Translations under genes and position numbers: made by a program
Part shown: positions 1-13,429 of the stretch, piece after piece
Position numbering within the stretch: the first letter of the stretch is position 1
Layout: every line of letters begins with the position of its first letter
Notes under the pieces: generated by a model
The model's input: only the letters and a program-made list of their open reading frames with translations
What the model was told of the DNA's origin: nothing
The model's database searches: none
Origin: Mobula hypostoma
Lineage: Eukaryota
Length of the DNA: 64,000 nucleotides
Assembly (NCBI RefSeq): GCF_963921235.1
Contig: NC_086106.1
Coordinates: 23,312,001-23,376,000, forward strand
Direction of reading: 5' to 3'

Positions 1-2279
1 GCCAAAATAGCAAAGGAGGCTTGTTAGCCTTTAATTCTCTCTGGTATAATGTATGTAAGAGGTATCTTCAAATTTGTACACGAATAACTCTAACTGTTTT
101 GAATAGTAAATAACCTTCCGAAGCATGGACAAACAGATGACTTACTTTCCGATATGTTAAGAATCTTGAAGCATTATGTCAAAGAGTGTGTGTGTCCCAT
201 TTTTTTTTTTATTTTGCATTCCAGTTCACCATGTTGCAGTCATTAAACATACAGCTCTATTTATTGTGATGAAAGGCGATTAGCGACTTCAAAATATCTT
301 TTTAGCATTCAACTCGTCCCTTATTTCCCAATGTTATCGTCTAGGGGCTGCGGCTGATGCGCTCTAGTTTCTGCGTTTTGAGGTTCATCGTGATATCAAT
401 CATAGAGAAAAAAAACACGTCGACCAGAAGCTGGAACACTTGTGGATCTGTGCCTGCCTCGCTGATGTCAAAAGTTACCCACTGTTTAAGTTTTTATCGA
501 TATCCTGAATCTCTAATGTAAAGTTACTATTATCCAATGAAATGCACTCTGTACGTCGCCTCTCACTTAACCTCGTCCTCCCGAGTACTGAATCTGCACA
601 ATCTGTCACTAAATTATTCGTTGGTGCCCTCTACTGTTGTGTGCAAAGATCTGCTCCCTGTACACTGTGTGGTTGTGCGGCTTCTCAGTAACTAATTTAC
701 ACCCGCGCACCTAAATTTGCTGCCAAAGAACTGACATTTTATTTCATATAACATCAACATAATTTTCAATTTGTGCCAATTGAAATTAGAAATCTATGTT
801 AATATAATTTAGAAACATAGTGGATTGATTGTGTAAGGAATATAAAATATAAATACTGGAAATAATTAAACTTTCAGACATTTTATAGATTCAGTATTTT
901 TAAATTGACAATGTTTCAAGTTAAAAACACTGTTGCAAATTTTAAGAACAATCAAAGAGTGGAAATGGATAGCTGATTGATAATAATTCGCCAGCCCGCT
1001 GAACATACATGCTGCGTAGTTAACTATATTCGTTTTCTCATTGTGCCTATCAGTGTTTGATATCATTTACGTATGTTATGATATGTTGTTTGTGCTTGTT
1101 CAATATGAAAATATCCATATTCTGACTGTTTTCAGTATTTCTATTAAAAAAGAATCAAATTATAATTGCATTTTTTTCTTAAAAAACTTTCAACTAGTGA
1201 TTATATTTTCTTTCCCTTCTCAAATGATAACGTGTGTATTTTTTTTTTCATATTCAGGACGTCGATAGAAAAAAAGAATGTCCAAAATAAACTCCAAATG
1301 AGTGAGAAGCAAGAGAAAAACTAGTTGCCTGAATGAAGTATCTGACTCTGATATTGTAAAATTGGAAAATAATTACAATACCTTCACTATAAAAAATATT
1401 CCTTCTGTGCATGCAGTATAACGAAAGTGGCCAAATGTGTAATTATACCAGAGAGTTGGTGGGGTGAGAACTGTGATTTGGAAGATTGCAAATGACGTAA
1501 AACAAATTTGTACAGAGAATTTTAACATTGGACTTTAAAATTCGACTGGACATGAACAGAACAATGAATCAGTGTCTGTGACATCTTCGAAGCAATCCGC
1601 ACTTGCCAGCAGGACAATAGTTGAAGCAGGAAAAAATAAATACCAGCAATTAATTAATATTTTTTAAAAAATGATTATATTTAAGTAACATTGAGCAAAT
1701 GTAATGCTTAGAGTGAAAGATTGATGGTGCTGCAGTCATTTGCCAAGAAATAAAGCATCTGTCTGCTCAATATTAGGTTGTCCACAGATAAGGCAGTGCA
1801 CAGGCAAAAACAAAAGAAAAAAGCAAATACAACAACCTCTATGCAGTGCATCAGAACATTGCAAAGAAAAGTACATGTATTGTTCAGTTGGTAGTCGGTA
1901 AAAGATAGAAAAGCTAGAATACTTAACTCATGCATCATTATGTAGTGTGATCTTAGTTTGAACACGAAACAAAGTATTAAGGCTGTCAGAACGTCTTCTG
2001 GTTACTGCATTATTAAGGAATTACGAAGTAGAACCAGTGTTACAAAGCGCAGGTTAAACAAGGTAAAGATACATTCACCAGGTATTCTCTGAAGGCTCTG
2101 ATCGATGCACAATATCGAGTTGCTTCAAATCACCTTAACGATATTTACGAAACTAGGTTTTCAGATTAAGAATGCACACGGATATTCTGGAAACGAGAGG
2201 CTGAATTCTTGCCAACGAGTTACATATTACACAACCATAAGGATCATAAATTATGCATCCATTTAGTTCAGAATGTAAG

Positions 2280-5242
2280 ACCATAAGAGCGTACGACCAT
2301 AAGACAGACGAGCAGAAGTAGGCCATTCGGCTCATGGAGTCTACTCCGCCATTTTATCATGAGCTGATCCATTTTCTCCTATTTAGTCCCACATCCCTGC
2401 CTTCTCATCATAACCTTTGATGCCCTGGTTACTCAGATACCTATCAATCTCTGCCTTAAATACACCCAATGACTTGGCCTCCACTATTGCCCGTTGCAAC
2501 AAATTCCATAGATTGACCACCTTCCGACTAAAAAAAATTCTTTGCATTTCTGTTCTGAAAGGGCGCCCTTCAATCCTTAAGTCATGCCCTCTTGTACTAG
2601 ACTCCCCCATCATGGGAAACAACTTTGCCACATCCACTCTGTCCATGCCTTTTAACAATCGAAATGTTTCTATGAGGTCTCCCCTCATTCTTCTAAACTC
2701 CAAGGAATACAGTCGAAGAGCGGACAAACGTTTCTCATATGTTAAACCTATCATTCCCGGAATCATTCTAGTGAATCTTCTCTGTACCCTCTCCAACGTC
2801 AGCGCATCCTTTCTTAAATAAGGAGACCAAAACTGCCCACAGTACTCCAAGTGAGGTCTCACCAGCGCCTTATAGAGCCTTAACATCACATCCCTGCTCC
2901 TATACTCCATTCCTCTAGAAATGAATACGAACATTGCATTCGCCTTCTTCACTACTGACTCAACCTGAAGGTTGACTTTAAGGGTATCCTGTATGAGGAC
3001 TCTCAAGTCCCCTTGCATCTCAGAACTTTGAATTATTTCCGCATTTAAATAATAGTCTGCCCGTTTACTTTTTTTTTCCTGCAAAAGTGCATAACCATAC
3101 ACTTTCCAACATTGTACTTCATTTACCACTTCTCAGCCCATTCTTCCAATCTATCCAAGTCTCTCTGCAGATTCTCCGTTTCCTCAGCACTACCGGCCCC
3201 TCCACCTATCTTCGTATCGTCAGCAAACTTAGCCACAAAGCTATCTATTCCATAATCTAAATCGTTGATGTACAATGTAAAAAGAAGCGGCCCCAACACT
3301 GATCCCTGCGGAACACCATTGGTAACCAGCAGCCAACCAGAATAGGATCCCTTTATTCTCACTCTCTGTTTCCTGCCAATCAGCCAACGCTCTATCCACG
3401 TATGCAACTTTCCCGTAATTCCATGGGCTCTTATCTTGTTAAGTAAACCTGGTCAAAGGCATTCTGAAAATCCAAATATACAACATCCACTGCATCTGCC
3501 TTGTCTAGCCTACTGGTAATTTCCTCAAAAAATTGTAATAGATTTGTCAGGCAGGATTTTCCTTTAAGGAATCCATGCTGAGTTCTGCCTATCTAGTCAT
3601 ATGCCTCCAGGTACTCTGTAACCTCATCCTTGACAATCAGCTCCAACAACTTCCCAACCACGGATGTGAAGCTAACAGGTTAATAATTTCATTTTTGGTT
3701 CCTTGCCCCCTTCTTAAATAGCGGAGTGACATTTGCAATCTTCCAGTCCTCCGGAACCAAACCAGAATCTATCGACTTTTGAAAGATCATCGCTAATGCC
3801 TTCAAAATCTCCACAGCTACTTCCTTCAGACCACGAAGGTGCATTCCATCTGGTCCAGGAGATTTATCTACCTTTAGCCTATTCAGCTTCCTGAGTACTT
3901 TCTCTGTCGTAATTGTGACTGCGCACACTTCTCTTCCCTGCCACCCTTGAGTGTCCGGTATACTGCTGTCTGCCTCAGTGAAGACTGATGCAAAAACTTG
4001 TTCCGTTCATCTGCCATCTCCGCATCTCCCATTACAATTTCTCCAGCATCATTTTCGATCGGTCTTATATCTACTCCCACCTGTCTTTTACTCTTTGCAT
4101 ACTTGAGAAAGCTTTTAGTATCCTCTTCGATATAGTTTGCTAGCTTCCTTTCATCGTTAATCTTTTCTCTCTTAATGACCATCTTGGTTTCCTTTTGTAA
4201 GGTTTTACAAGCTTCCCAGTCCTCTCTCTTCCTACTATTTTTTGCTCCCTTGTATGCCCTCTCTTTTGCTTTAACTTTGGCTTTGACTTCTCTTGTTAAC
4301 CACGGTTGAACCCTTTTTCCACTCGAAAATTTCTTCTTTTTTGTACATTCCTCATTTCTCGCATAAACTCCAGCCACTGCTGCTCTGCTGTCTTTCCCGC
4401 CAGTGTCTCCTTCCAGTCAACTTTGGCCAATTCCTCTCTCATGCCACTGTAATTTTCTTTACTCCACTGAAATACCGACACATCAGATTTCGGCTTCTCT
4501 TTTTCTAATTTCACAGTGAGCTCAAACATGTTATGATCACTGCCTCCTCCGGGTTCCTTCAACTCAATCTCTCCAATTATCTCCGGTTCATTACACAATA
4601 CCCAATCCAGCCCAGCCAACCCCTAGTAGGCTCAACAACAAGCTGTTCTAAAAAGCCATCTCGCAGACATCCTACAAATTTTCTATCATGAGATCCAGTG
4701 CTGATCTGATTTCCCCGATCTACTCGCATGTTAAAATCCCCCACAATTATCATAACTTTGCCCTTCTGACAAGCCTTTTCTATTCCCAATTGTACTTTGT
4801 AGTCCACATCCCTGCAGCTGTTTGGAGGCCTATAGATAACTGCCATCAGGGTCCTTTTTTCCCCTGCTATTTCTTAGCTCAACCCATAAAGTTTCTGCAC
4901 CTTCCGATCGTATATCACCTCTTTCTAATGATTTAATATCAGTTCTTACCAAGAAAGCCACGCCTCCCCCTCTGCCTGCCTTCCTGTCCTTCCAATACAC
5001 CGTGTATCCTTGGACGTTCAGCTCCCAGAGACATGCATCCTTTAGCCAGGTCTCAGTGATGGCCACAATATCATACCTGCCAATCTGCAGCTGTACAACA
5101 AGATCAGCCAACTTATTCCTTATGCTGCTTGCATTTAAGTGCAACACCTTAAGACCAGTATTTGATACTGTTTGCTTTGATTTCACTGCAGCTTTATTGC
5201 ACTGCAACTCATCCGAATGGCTACAAATTTGCCCCATCACCT
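2280..5242 (-). mobile_element. CR1-type LINE, decayed ORF2 (APE endonuclease + RT), inserted only in unit 1
   Basis: Minus-strand ORF pieces include LNASSIRNKL...IVAITETWL (endonuclease), GVPQGSVLGPLLFTLYINDL..FADDTK (RT) and LYKALVRPHLEYC..WSPY (C-terminus). The 3' tail is ACCATAAG-like. It interrupts the unit sequence GAATGTAAG|CTTGTGTTGCAGG, which is intact in the other units. Confidence 0.95.
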
Positions 5243-6439
5243 GCCTGTGTTGCAGGCTAATTTTTCGCAGACTGAGCGGTGGGGTGATTCCAATCAAATG
5301 GATATCTTAGCAGTTGGGTGCACAAACTTCCGTCCCGTGAAGATTTTTCTCCATTTACATACCTCTGTATTACTGTCAGCTAACCATCTGCAACAAACGC
5401 CTTCTTGAAATAAGTTATACTACTTAGCACTCAGTAAGTGAAGCAGGGCATCGTCATCGTCCTTCGGAATAGCCTCAGTGCATCTGTTTGTATCTAAGCG
5501 ATATTAGGAATTTTTCGTGTGGTCTGCTCTATCTATGCCAGTCATTTTATGTATCACAACGACGTCCCTTCTTATTCACCGCCCCTCAATAGAGAATAAA
5601 CCAAGTGTCACCAGACTCTCGTCATAACAAAGCTCCTTCATTCCATGCAAAGAAGTTGCATCTACTTTGTCCCTCCCTATAGCTTTGTACAATAACTGGA
5701 CGCAGACCTCAGAGGATGTCATCTATATTTTATAAAATTCGATTATTATTTCGAATTCGATTTCGTTTCTTATTTTGCTTTAATGGCCACAAGAGTTGAA
5801 CTATGTGATTGGCAAACATAATGTTGTTGATAATGGAATTCAACCTCACATATTTCGCTCCACAATGTGAAGATTCACTCCCTAAACGAGCAATATAATT
5901 ATCCTGGGCTGTTTGATTTAAACACCAATTGCAGTATTTTCTGTTGTTCGAAGGTCAATGTGTTAGGAAGATCATCATCTTCGAGATACTGTGTATTTGA
6001 GAGCAAAGGAATGCAGATTCGATGCTCAACTTCAAATTATCAACATGGAATTAACTTTTTATAAAGTTAAGAACTTGTTCTCGATGTTCGTCAATGTCTT
6101 TCGTCAAAGAAATTGAAAACTATTTTTCTCCCCACTTTATCTTGGTGTTACACTTCCTCCAGCTTTTAAAGTTTGCATAGATGCCAGTCTTTATTATTTG
6201 CTTGGCAGCTCAGCTAAGAAAGTGTGATCTTATTTTCAGTAGCATACATAATTGTGACTTCAGGATATTAAATTGGAAGTTTTATTTCATCCATATGTTT
6301 CAATGTATGCGACGGCAGCGCAAGCTGCCACTTCGGTGGAAGTGTCTGTTATCTGTCAAGTAGGGGATCCTGCACAATTCTGTTTTGATGGAGACGGATG
6401 TGAGAGTACGGAGGAAGATCTGAAAAACTTATGTGTGTC

Positions 6440-6970
6440 TGCTTCTCTGCTGCTGCTACTGTGTGGTAACCGGCATCTCCGGAGCAGAAGGCCTCGGGAT
6501 ACTCGACTTTGCTTGTTTTAGCGGCAGGTGCGAGGTCAAAGGCGCTTGGCAGAGGATGCCGCTCGGGAAGCTATATCGGAAAGGCTAGTCTGTAACTCGA
6601 ATTTTTCGGACGGATAGACTCAGTGCCAGCTGTGTTCGGCTGCCTCCAAGGCATCGGCAAGTTGACGGTGCCTGGAGTTTTATGGCAAGGAGTTCCTCCC
6701 TTTTGCCGTCTGCTATCGGGGACTCGGGAGTCGATCGAATCGGGGACTTCTAAGACTTTATTTACCGTGCCCATCGTTTGCTCTTCATCACATCGTGGTA
6801 TTGCTTTGCGCTGCTGTAAGTTATGTTATAATTGTGTGGTTCTGTCACTGTTCTTCTTTGGTTTGTCATGATCTCTGTGATATCACTCCGGAGAAACATT
6901 GTATCATTTCTTAATGTATGTATGCATTTCTAAATGACAATAAAAGAATACTGAGTGTTCTGATTATCTC
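6440..6970 (+). mobile_element. ~500-bp cassette-embedded interspersed repeat, probably a non-LTR retroposon 3' region/SINE-like (family unassigned)
   Basis: A GC-richer island ends in AATGACAATAAAAG..GAGTGTTCTCATAATCT. Copies lie at ~20810-21209 (3'-truncated), 23872-24365, 31175-31215 (tail only), 38950-39480, 46300-46820, 49045-49090 (fragment) and 56890-57420. Confidence 0.5.
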
Positions 6971-8625
6971 ATATACCTGCCAGTCATTCCGACCCACGGG
7001 TACATGTTAATATTTCAAAGTGTTCCAAGTTCAAGTTTCTTTTCTTTTCAGCAAAACTGAAATTTCGTCCTGACTGCTAACGGGCGCACCAAGACATCCT
7101 CTTTGACACGAAAGAGCTTCGGTTTGGGGAATATCTTAATAATCTGCAGCCACTTCTCGACAAAGTCCTTTAAAATACGGTTCTTCTGTGAATTGCTTCA
7201 AAAATGGTTGATAAATTGTATGTCTGTTGACTGGACTTCTTTCAGGGCTGTTCGAATATTCCTGGTTGCCATTGGAAATCTGCTTAAGAAATAAAGTTTG
7301 AAACCAACGTTTGGAGCTTCAATGCTCACTAAAGTAGCTAAACCAGATGCAAGGCCTGGTGTCACAACAGCTCCATCTGACCAAAGGGTACGCCCAGTCA
7401 AATTCCTTTTTTGGCTAAAAACGTTCTTAAAACGTCGACGTGTTTTGTAATTTTCTGGAATGGATGCAGAAAATAGGAATTCATCTCGAGCAGCATCAGC
7501 TTGCGTAAAATATTAAAAAAAAAAATGCTGACAGCACTGAAATGCCTGTAGGTACATCCAATAGCACGCTGATTGGGAATTGCGAGGCTGCCAATGTCTC
7601 AATGTCGTGCTGTGAAACGAGAAAAGAGATATCAAATATTCTTAAAAAGTATCACATTATTTGATGGACGGACACTTTACAGTTTTCCTTTCCCCTGAAT
7701 TCTAGTCAACTTAGAGCTCAGCGTCTTGCAGTCCACATGGATTTACTTTAATCTCTCCCATAGCGTGAAGCTTATTTTGTTTGGCAATCTGGCATGCAGG
7801 TTTATGTGATTGTTTCATGAAAGGGTTGTCGTTGAACGGTAAACTTAAATATTCAAAGTCACAATTATTTCCATTTAAATTTCTACGAAGACAAAAACGA
7901 AGGCAGCTCAGATGAATTTTTGCATGGACTGACATCAGGTGCGCCTTCGGTTCTGCTATCACGTCACATACATTGATGACATATGTGACTTTTATAAAGA
8001 GAGTTCGACATACTTCCTTTCCTTCGACATTTCAATTTCAAATATTCTATTCAATTAACTTTGTTTTTTGCAGCCCAATATCATTGCATTTCGGAAGTAA
8101 TATATTTAGTAAATTACCAAACGGAACAAATCTGTATGCTAATCAAATGAAGTTTAAGACGCTTTCCAAAACTAGTATAGCAAGAAAGGAAAACACGGCA
8201 GGTTTTGCAATTTTTCCGAATTTTAACACTATTCCTGGCTTTTAGATACTTAGATAGAGAAAAGGATTTGAACAATATCATACGCATTGTGTTCTTCTTG
8301 GAATTCGGCCAATTTTTGCTCATGCCGGCGCGTGGTACAAATGAACGGCCGCGCAGATTGGAGGAAAAACAACTTATATTTCTCTTGGGTAATTCCCAAA
8401 CGAATGGAATGAAAATATGCTTCTTGAATATACGGTAATGCCCCGCCCTCCCCCGGTAACATTAACTTTACTTGTGCTCTCCTCTCGTAAATTACTTGCA
8501 GGACAACAGAGAAGTCTGCGAATATGCCATCACTAGCTCTGCGGTGATCTCTGTGAAAGTTCACGATAGCCACGTCACGGATATGAAGAGAGAGACAGAG
8601 ACGCGGGAGAGGGAGGGGTGGGGGT

Positions 8626-8628
<3 letters not shown>

Positions 8629-8666
<38 letters not shown>
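8629..8666 (+). repeat. (AG)19 microsatellite
   Basis: Perfect AG run read directly from the sequence. Confidence 0.95.
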
Positions 8667-8669
<3 letters not shown>

Positions 8670-11607
8670 CCGTCAGATATTCTGCAATTGCTCAGGAGAG
8701 GGCTTTAATTCACCACAGAGAATTAGAAAATATAGTCGCATCATCTCTTTTGACATATGCATATTATAAAAGAGATATGAAAACCGGAAACGATGCTGTG
8801 AGGGATGCATTCCGCAACCGTGCAAAATTCGTTTTAAACACCAGCACATTAAACAAATGGATTATAGACTTAGATCTGTCAATGATATTTGCATTTTAAA
8901 TCACATTTGCTCTTATTATTGTTATTCTTTCATTAAAAAGTCCCTCACCGTTGATGGCACAGAAATGACTACAGAATATACGATGAATGGAATATAGCAA
9001 TGCACACAAAACGTTGAAGCAAGGAAACAGGCCAGGTTGCATGAAGAAATAGAAATTGAAAGCATAGGCAATTTTGAGAGTATACTTCATGAAGATGTTG
9101 GAACGTTTTCCTATCAGCACAGAAGAAAAACTTTCAATTTCCAAGGGAGGTACTAACAAGGCAGAAGGGAACAGAGACCAGTTGCAGAGGTCGTGCTACT
9201 TCTACCTAGAGACTGATGGAGAGAATAAAGTTCAATACCATGTTCACAGTGACCTCACAATGGACAGACGGGGAGTCTGTTTCTCTTGAGGCAGATGCCT
9301 AGCTTTGTTCGGTTTCCGCTTTGAATAATTTGTTTGTAACTCTTTTCTAGTTAAAGTTAAAGATAAAATCCAATGTCTGTGGTATATCGCGGCATGTGCT
9401 GGCGGCACCTCCAGCTTCGCTGCGTCCTGGGGGTAACTTCCTGTTCGGAGAAGGTGAAAAGTTGGGGCCGTGCGTGCAGCATCAATGCAAAGATCTCCGT
9501 GTCTACACACAAAGAAACATTAGAGAAGCAAAGCCGTAAGCTCCTATCACAGTATTTGACCCGTGAAAATATTAACGCGGATTCTGTTAAAGGAAGCGGC
9601 GGTTGGAGCGGCGCACATGGCGGCTTTTCAATTTCAAACGCGGTGTGTGCTCAAGCCCGGCGGCGGATTGACGCGATCCCCTCCCTCCCCTGGCAAACTG
9701 AAGACACTCGCTAAAAGAAAAGAGATCGCGTGGTCTTTAGAATGAAAGATACACTCTATATATATATTATTTTTTTTTATCAACGATTTTCACCATACGA
9801 TGTTAAAGTGGAAGAGTGAACAGTAAATGGTTAACCTTACTACGACTCTGTTTTCATTGGCTCCGGCTTAACTTGGTGTTTAGTTAGAGTTTCAACACAC
9901 TGTACGAGAACACTTCAAAGCAAAATATTATTCTCTGAGTTTTTTTTTCACCAAGGAAAGAGTATATGACTGGTAAACTAATCAACAGTCTTATAATAAA
10001 TAGAGACTTCGAAAATTAAGTCTGATTATCGGCGAGTATTCTATGATCTTTGTTTGAAAGATTAGTGATGACGCAAGTTGAAGTTTCGTTCAAAAACTGA
10101 AATTATGAGGTGTGTTTCCTCAAAGTAGAAAACAGTTTAGTCAACTACACCACTCCTTCACACATGCAACTTCCCATGTTCTTTGAAATAGTTCCCATTG
10201 ACTTTGAAATAGTTCAATAAATCACTCAATCTGATGGAGATATCTACCCGCTTGGAACATACGCCGCACAAATAATCAGTGGAAAAACATAAAAATGGAG
10301 AAAACTATCTAATCACCAATACAGTTCCCTACAGTCTGCAAATTACCTCTGAAAATTTGTCTTTATCATTGTACGTTTCACCCCGCTGCGGTGGGAAAGG
10401 GCAATGATGCTGGACGTCCCAGTGTAAGTGAGACATACCTCACCATTGAGAGTAACCTCGTCGTCCCTCTTCATATCCACACGAAACATTGAATGCAAAC
10501 AGTGTGAACAATAGACAGAGCGATCAGAGACTACATACTACACAGCTGAATAACACGCCATGTTGCGAACTAAAAACGTATATTTTATCAGGTTTTCAAT
10601 TTATTCGATGAAAACTTCCAATACTGGCAACACTAAATATACAAGAAAATAGGCCGATTCAATATCATGAAAAACATTTATTTGAATATGTATTTAATCT
10701 AATCAAACACAATCAGACGCCATAGTCTTAAAATGACACAATTTAATTGGTTTTGTATAATATGGTTAATAAAGTTGTGTGATATCAATATATTATGAAA
10801 CACAGGGATTACCGCCGTATTCTCATTATTGAAAGACAATGAAGTTAATGACGCTTGCAATTCAGTGCTCTGGGCTTGATTTCGCATTATATAGACTTCT
10901 CCTTCCGACCGAGAGAGGTTTCTGTAGCAGAATAGCACCTCAGAAACGACATGTTTTCCAACCTCTTAACAACTAACACAATCTATTTTACAAGATGCAA
11001 ATAAGCACTCTGTTGTATCAAACTGATCTTCACTGCAATTATGTTGAAATGAGTATTCATTAAATAAATTATGCATTCATCAAAAGTTCTAATTTGGAGG
11101 CCAAGGCAGAAAGCCACGCAAGAGACATGCTAACCTTGTTTTGCACTTTCGCTTTGCCGTTACATAGCGCTGCCTTCCAGCGCTACTGATGCTGCATAAA
11201 ACTGTACCGAGTATTAGCTGCTCTAAATTCACTGGTGAACACGGAGATTTTGGTAATAGACTGCCCCTCTGTCAATTTCAACGGACTGTTTCATCCACAG
11301 CTTTGAAGTGGGCTTCAAGTGGGAATCTTCTGTGATTTTTGTTTTTAATCATACTGCCATGCATGGAGCGTTTGCTGATAAACGATGGGAGTATGACCTG
11401 CCTTCACGATGCAGTGAGCACAGTGGGTGCATTTTTTGTACAGGATAGCATTGTTAATAAGAAAAATGGTTTCGCTAACATTGTTCCCAGAGAATGATGG
11501 TATTTACGAATGAATACTTCTTTCTCAAAACAAACCCATTCGTTACTTTCCATCTCTTTCCTCATGTGATCTCTAAGTACGCCCAGATGCAGTAAAGAAC
11601 ACTTATG

Positions 11608-11742
11608 ACAAACAACAGGAATTCTGCAGATGCTGGAAATTCAAGCAACACACATCAAAGTTGCTGGTGAACGCAGCAGGCCAGGCAGCATCTATAGGAA
11701 GAGGCGCAGTCGACGTTTCAGGCCGAGACCCTTCGTCAGGAC
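11608..11742 (-). mobile_element. Short Penelope-like element terminal fragment with target-site duplication
   Basis: It matches the terminus of the Penelope element at 51520-51620 (CAACACACATCAA..GTTGCTGGTGAACGCAGCAGGC..GTCGACGTTTCAGGCCGAGACCCTTCGTCAGGAC). It is flanked by ACACTTATG at 11599-11607 and 11741-11749. Confidence 0.8.
11709..11742 (-). ncRNA. Minimal type-I hammerhead ribozyme motif (Penelope-associated)
   Basis: The minus strand reads GTC-CTGACGA-AGG GTCTCGG CCT-GAAA-CG-TC-GAC. This gives stem I, the CUGANGA core, stem II, GAAA, a palindromic ACGU remnant of helix III and a UC cleavage site. Confidence 0.7.
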
Positions 11743-11915
11743 ACTTATGTCGCGTTAGTTTTCGTCCAGCACAAGAAATAAAATCAGGGAAGGCACGTGC
11801 CTGCGAAAATGAAGACTCTGTTCCGAACAAAGGGCTATGTGAGGGTAGTGTTGTGGTGGAATGGATCTATCAACGTCGCCAGGGCAAAGAGTAGTACCTG
11901 CTCATCAACCAGATC

Positions 11916-13090
11916 AGAACATAATACAAGAAATATGTGCAGCTGTAAGCCACCTGGCCCATCGAGCCTGCCCCACTATTCAATAAGATAATGGCCATGG
12001 ACTCATCTCCACCTGCTTGTTTACCCCCTTAGCCCATAGTTCTCCTACTATACAGAAAAAAGAAAACGATCCAACTTTGCCTTAATTATATTTACTCAGG
12101 TAGTCCCCAGTGTTTCATTGGGCGAAGAATTCCACAAATCCTCCAATCTCTGGGAAAAGCACTAGCTCCTCATCGCAATAGTAAATCTGCTCCCGTGATG
12201 CCTGAGGCTATGATCCTAGCTCTAGCCACACTTATTAGTGGAAATAACTTTCCTCACTCTCTTTCATCTATCTCTTTCATAATGTTGTATATTATCGATA
12301 AGATCTCCTTTCATTCTGCTGTATACCAACATGCACAAGCACAGAACACTATATTTTTCTTTAAATTCTAAGTAACTCCTCTCTGGAATCAGCCTAACGC
12401 CTTCCTGAATGGCTGCTGCACCTGAGAACCAACCCTTTTGCGATTCATGCACAAACACTCCCGTTCTTCTGCACAACGGCATGCTGCATGATTTTTACCT
12501 TTTTAAAAATTAATCTGCACTTCCAATTTACTTCGATTGTTAATGACTTTGTATTTACCAACACTGAACTCCATCTGCCAGATCCTTGCCCATGCATTAA
12601 ACCGATCTACATTTCGCGGAAGACTCTTCGTGTCTCTTGCACAATTTGCTTTTCCACTCAATTTAGTGCCATCAGCAAACATAGAATCATTATAGTCGGT
12701 CCTTTTTTTTCCCCAGATTGTTAATGTATATCATGAAGAGTTGCGGGCCCAGCACCAATCCCTGCGGCACACCCGTTACCATTGATTTCCAACCAGAGTA
12801 TAATCCAAGTATACAACATGCTTTCTATCAGTTAACCACTAAACTTTTTCTGTTCCTACGTTATCCTGAACTCTATGCACCCTTGTCTTATGCATGAGTC
12901 TTTATGTGGCACCTATCAGGCTGTTTTCTGGAAATCCAAGAAAATAACGTCCACATTTTCCCATCTATCCATCGCGCTCCTAATATATTCAATGATCTCC
13001 AATAGGTTTGTCGAACAGAATCTGCATTTGATGAATCATTGCCGCGTCTGTCTGATGGATCTACTTATTTCCGAATCTCCATTTCTTCAA
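11916..13090 (-). mobile_element. Old, heavily decayed CR1 LINE 3' fragment
   Basis: It shows a degenerate CR1 3' end (AGAAATATGTGCAGCTGTAAGCCACCTGGCCCATCGAGCCTGCCCC) and the RT signature CCCAGCACCAATCCCTGCGGCACACC (reverse of GVPQGxVLG) at ~12749-12774. No long ORF remains. Boundaries are approximate. Confidence 0.75.
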
Positions 13091-13429
13091 TGATAGCCCA
13101 AGCTTTTTCCGAAACACCGATGTGTTTTGATAGCTGCTGTGAAGCCATCAGAGCTGGTGCTTGATTGTAGTATGAGCAGCTGTTGCATATCCAAAGTCGT
13201 GTGAGCAGTGACGCAATGTAGAGAAAACCGGAAGAATACTGAATTTGCCTATTGTCACCTGTCTTGTAAAGACACTGCCCAGAAGTACGACATAACAAAC
13301 TCTTTATTTTAAAAACAACAAGAACAATCAGGGCAGAAATCATGACAGCCCGCTTCATACGAAACGACACATTGTGATGTTAATGATGGTCATGTTAATT
13401 CAGCTGTTTGTTTATCTCAACATTAGTCA

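Noticed and set aside
8114-8400. Minus-strand GITQ...C...W...RNSVKI pattern faintly like a V domain (paralogue at 50944-51210)
   Set aside because: Cys-Trp spacing and the C-terminal YYC/RSS are absent, and the two copies disagree on frame.
9245-9272. Perfect heptamer CACAGTG
   Set aside because: No acceptable nonamer at 12 bp (ACAGACGGG) or 23 bp, no V-like sequence upstream and no opposing RSS for a D segment.
9444-9464. FGEGEKL, resembling the J motif FGxGTxL
   Set aside because: No upstream inverted RSS and no splice donor after it, so it is a chance match.
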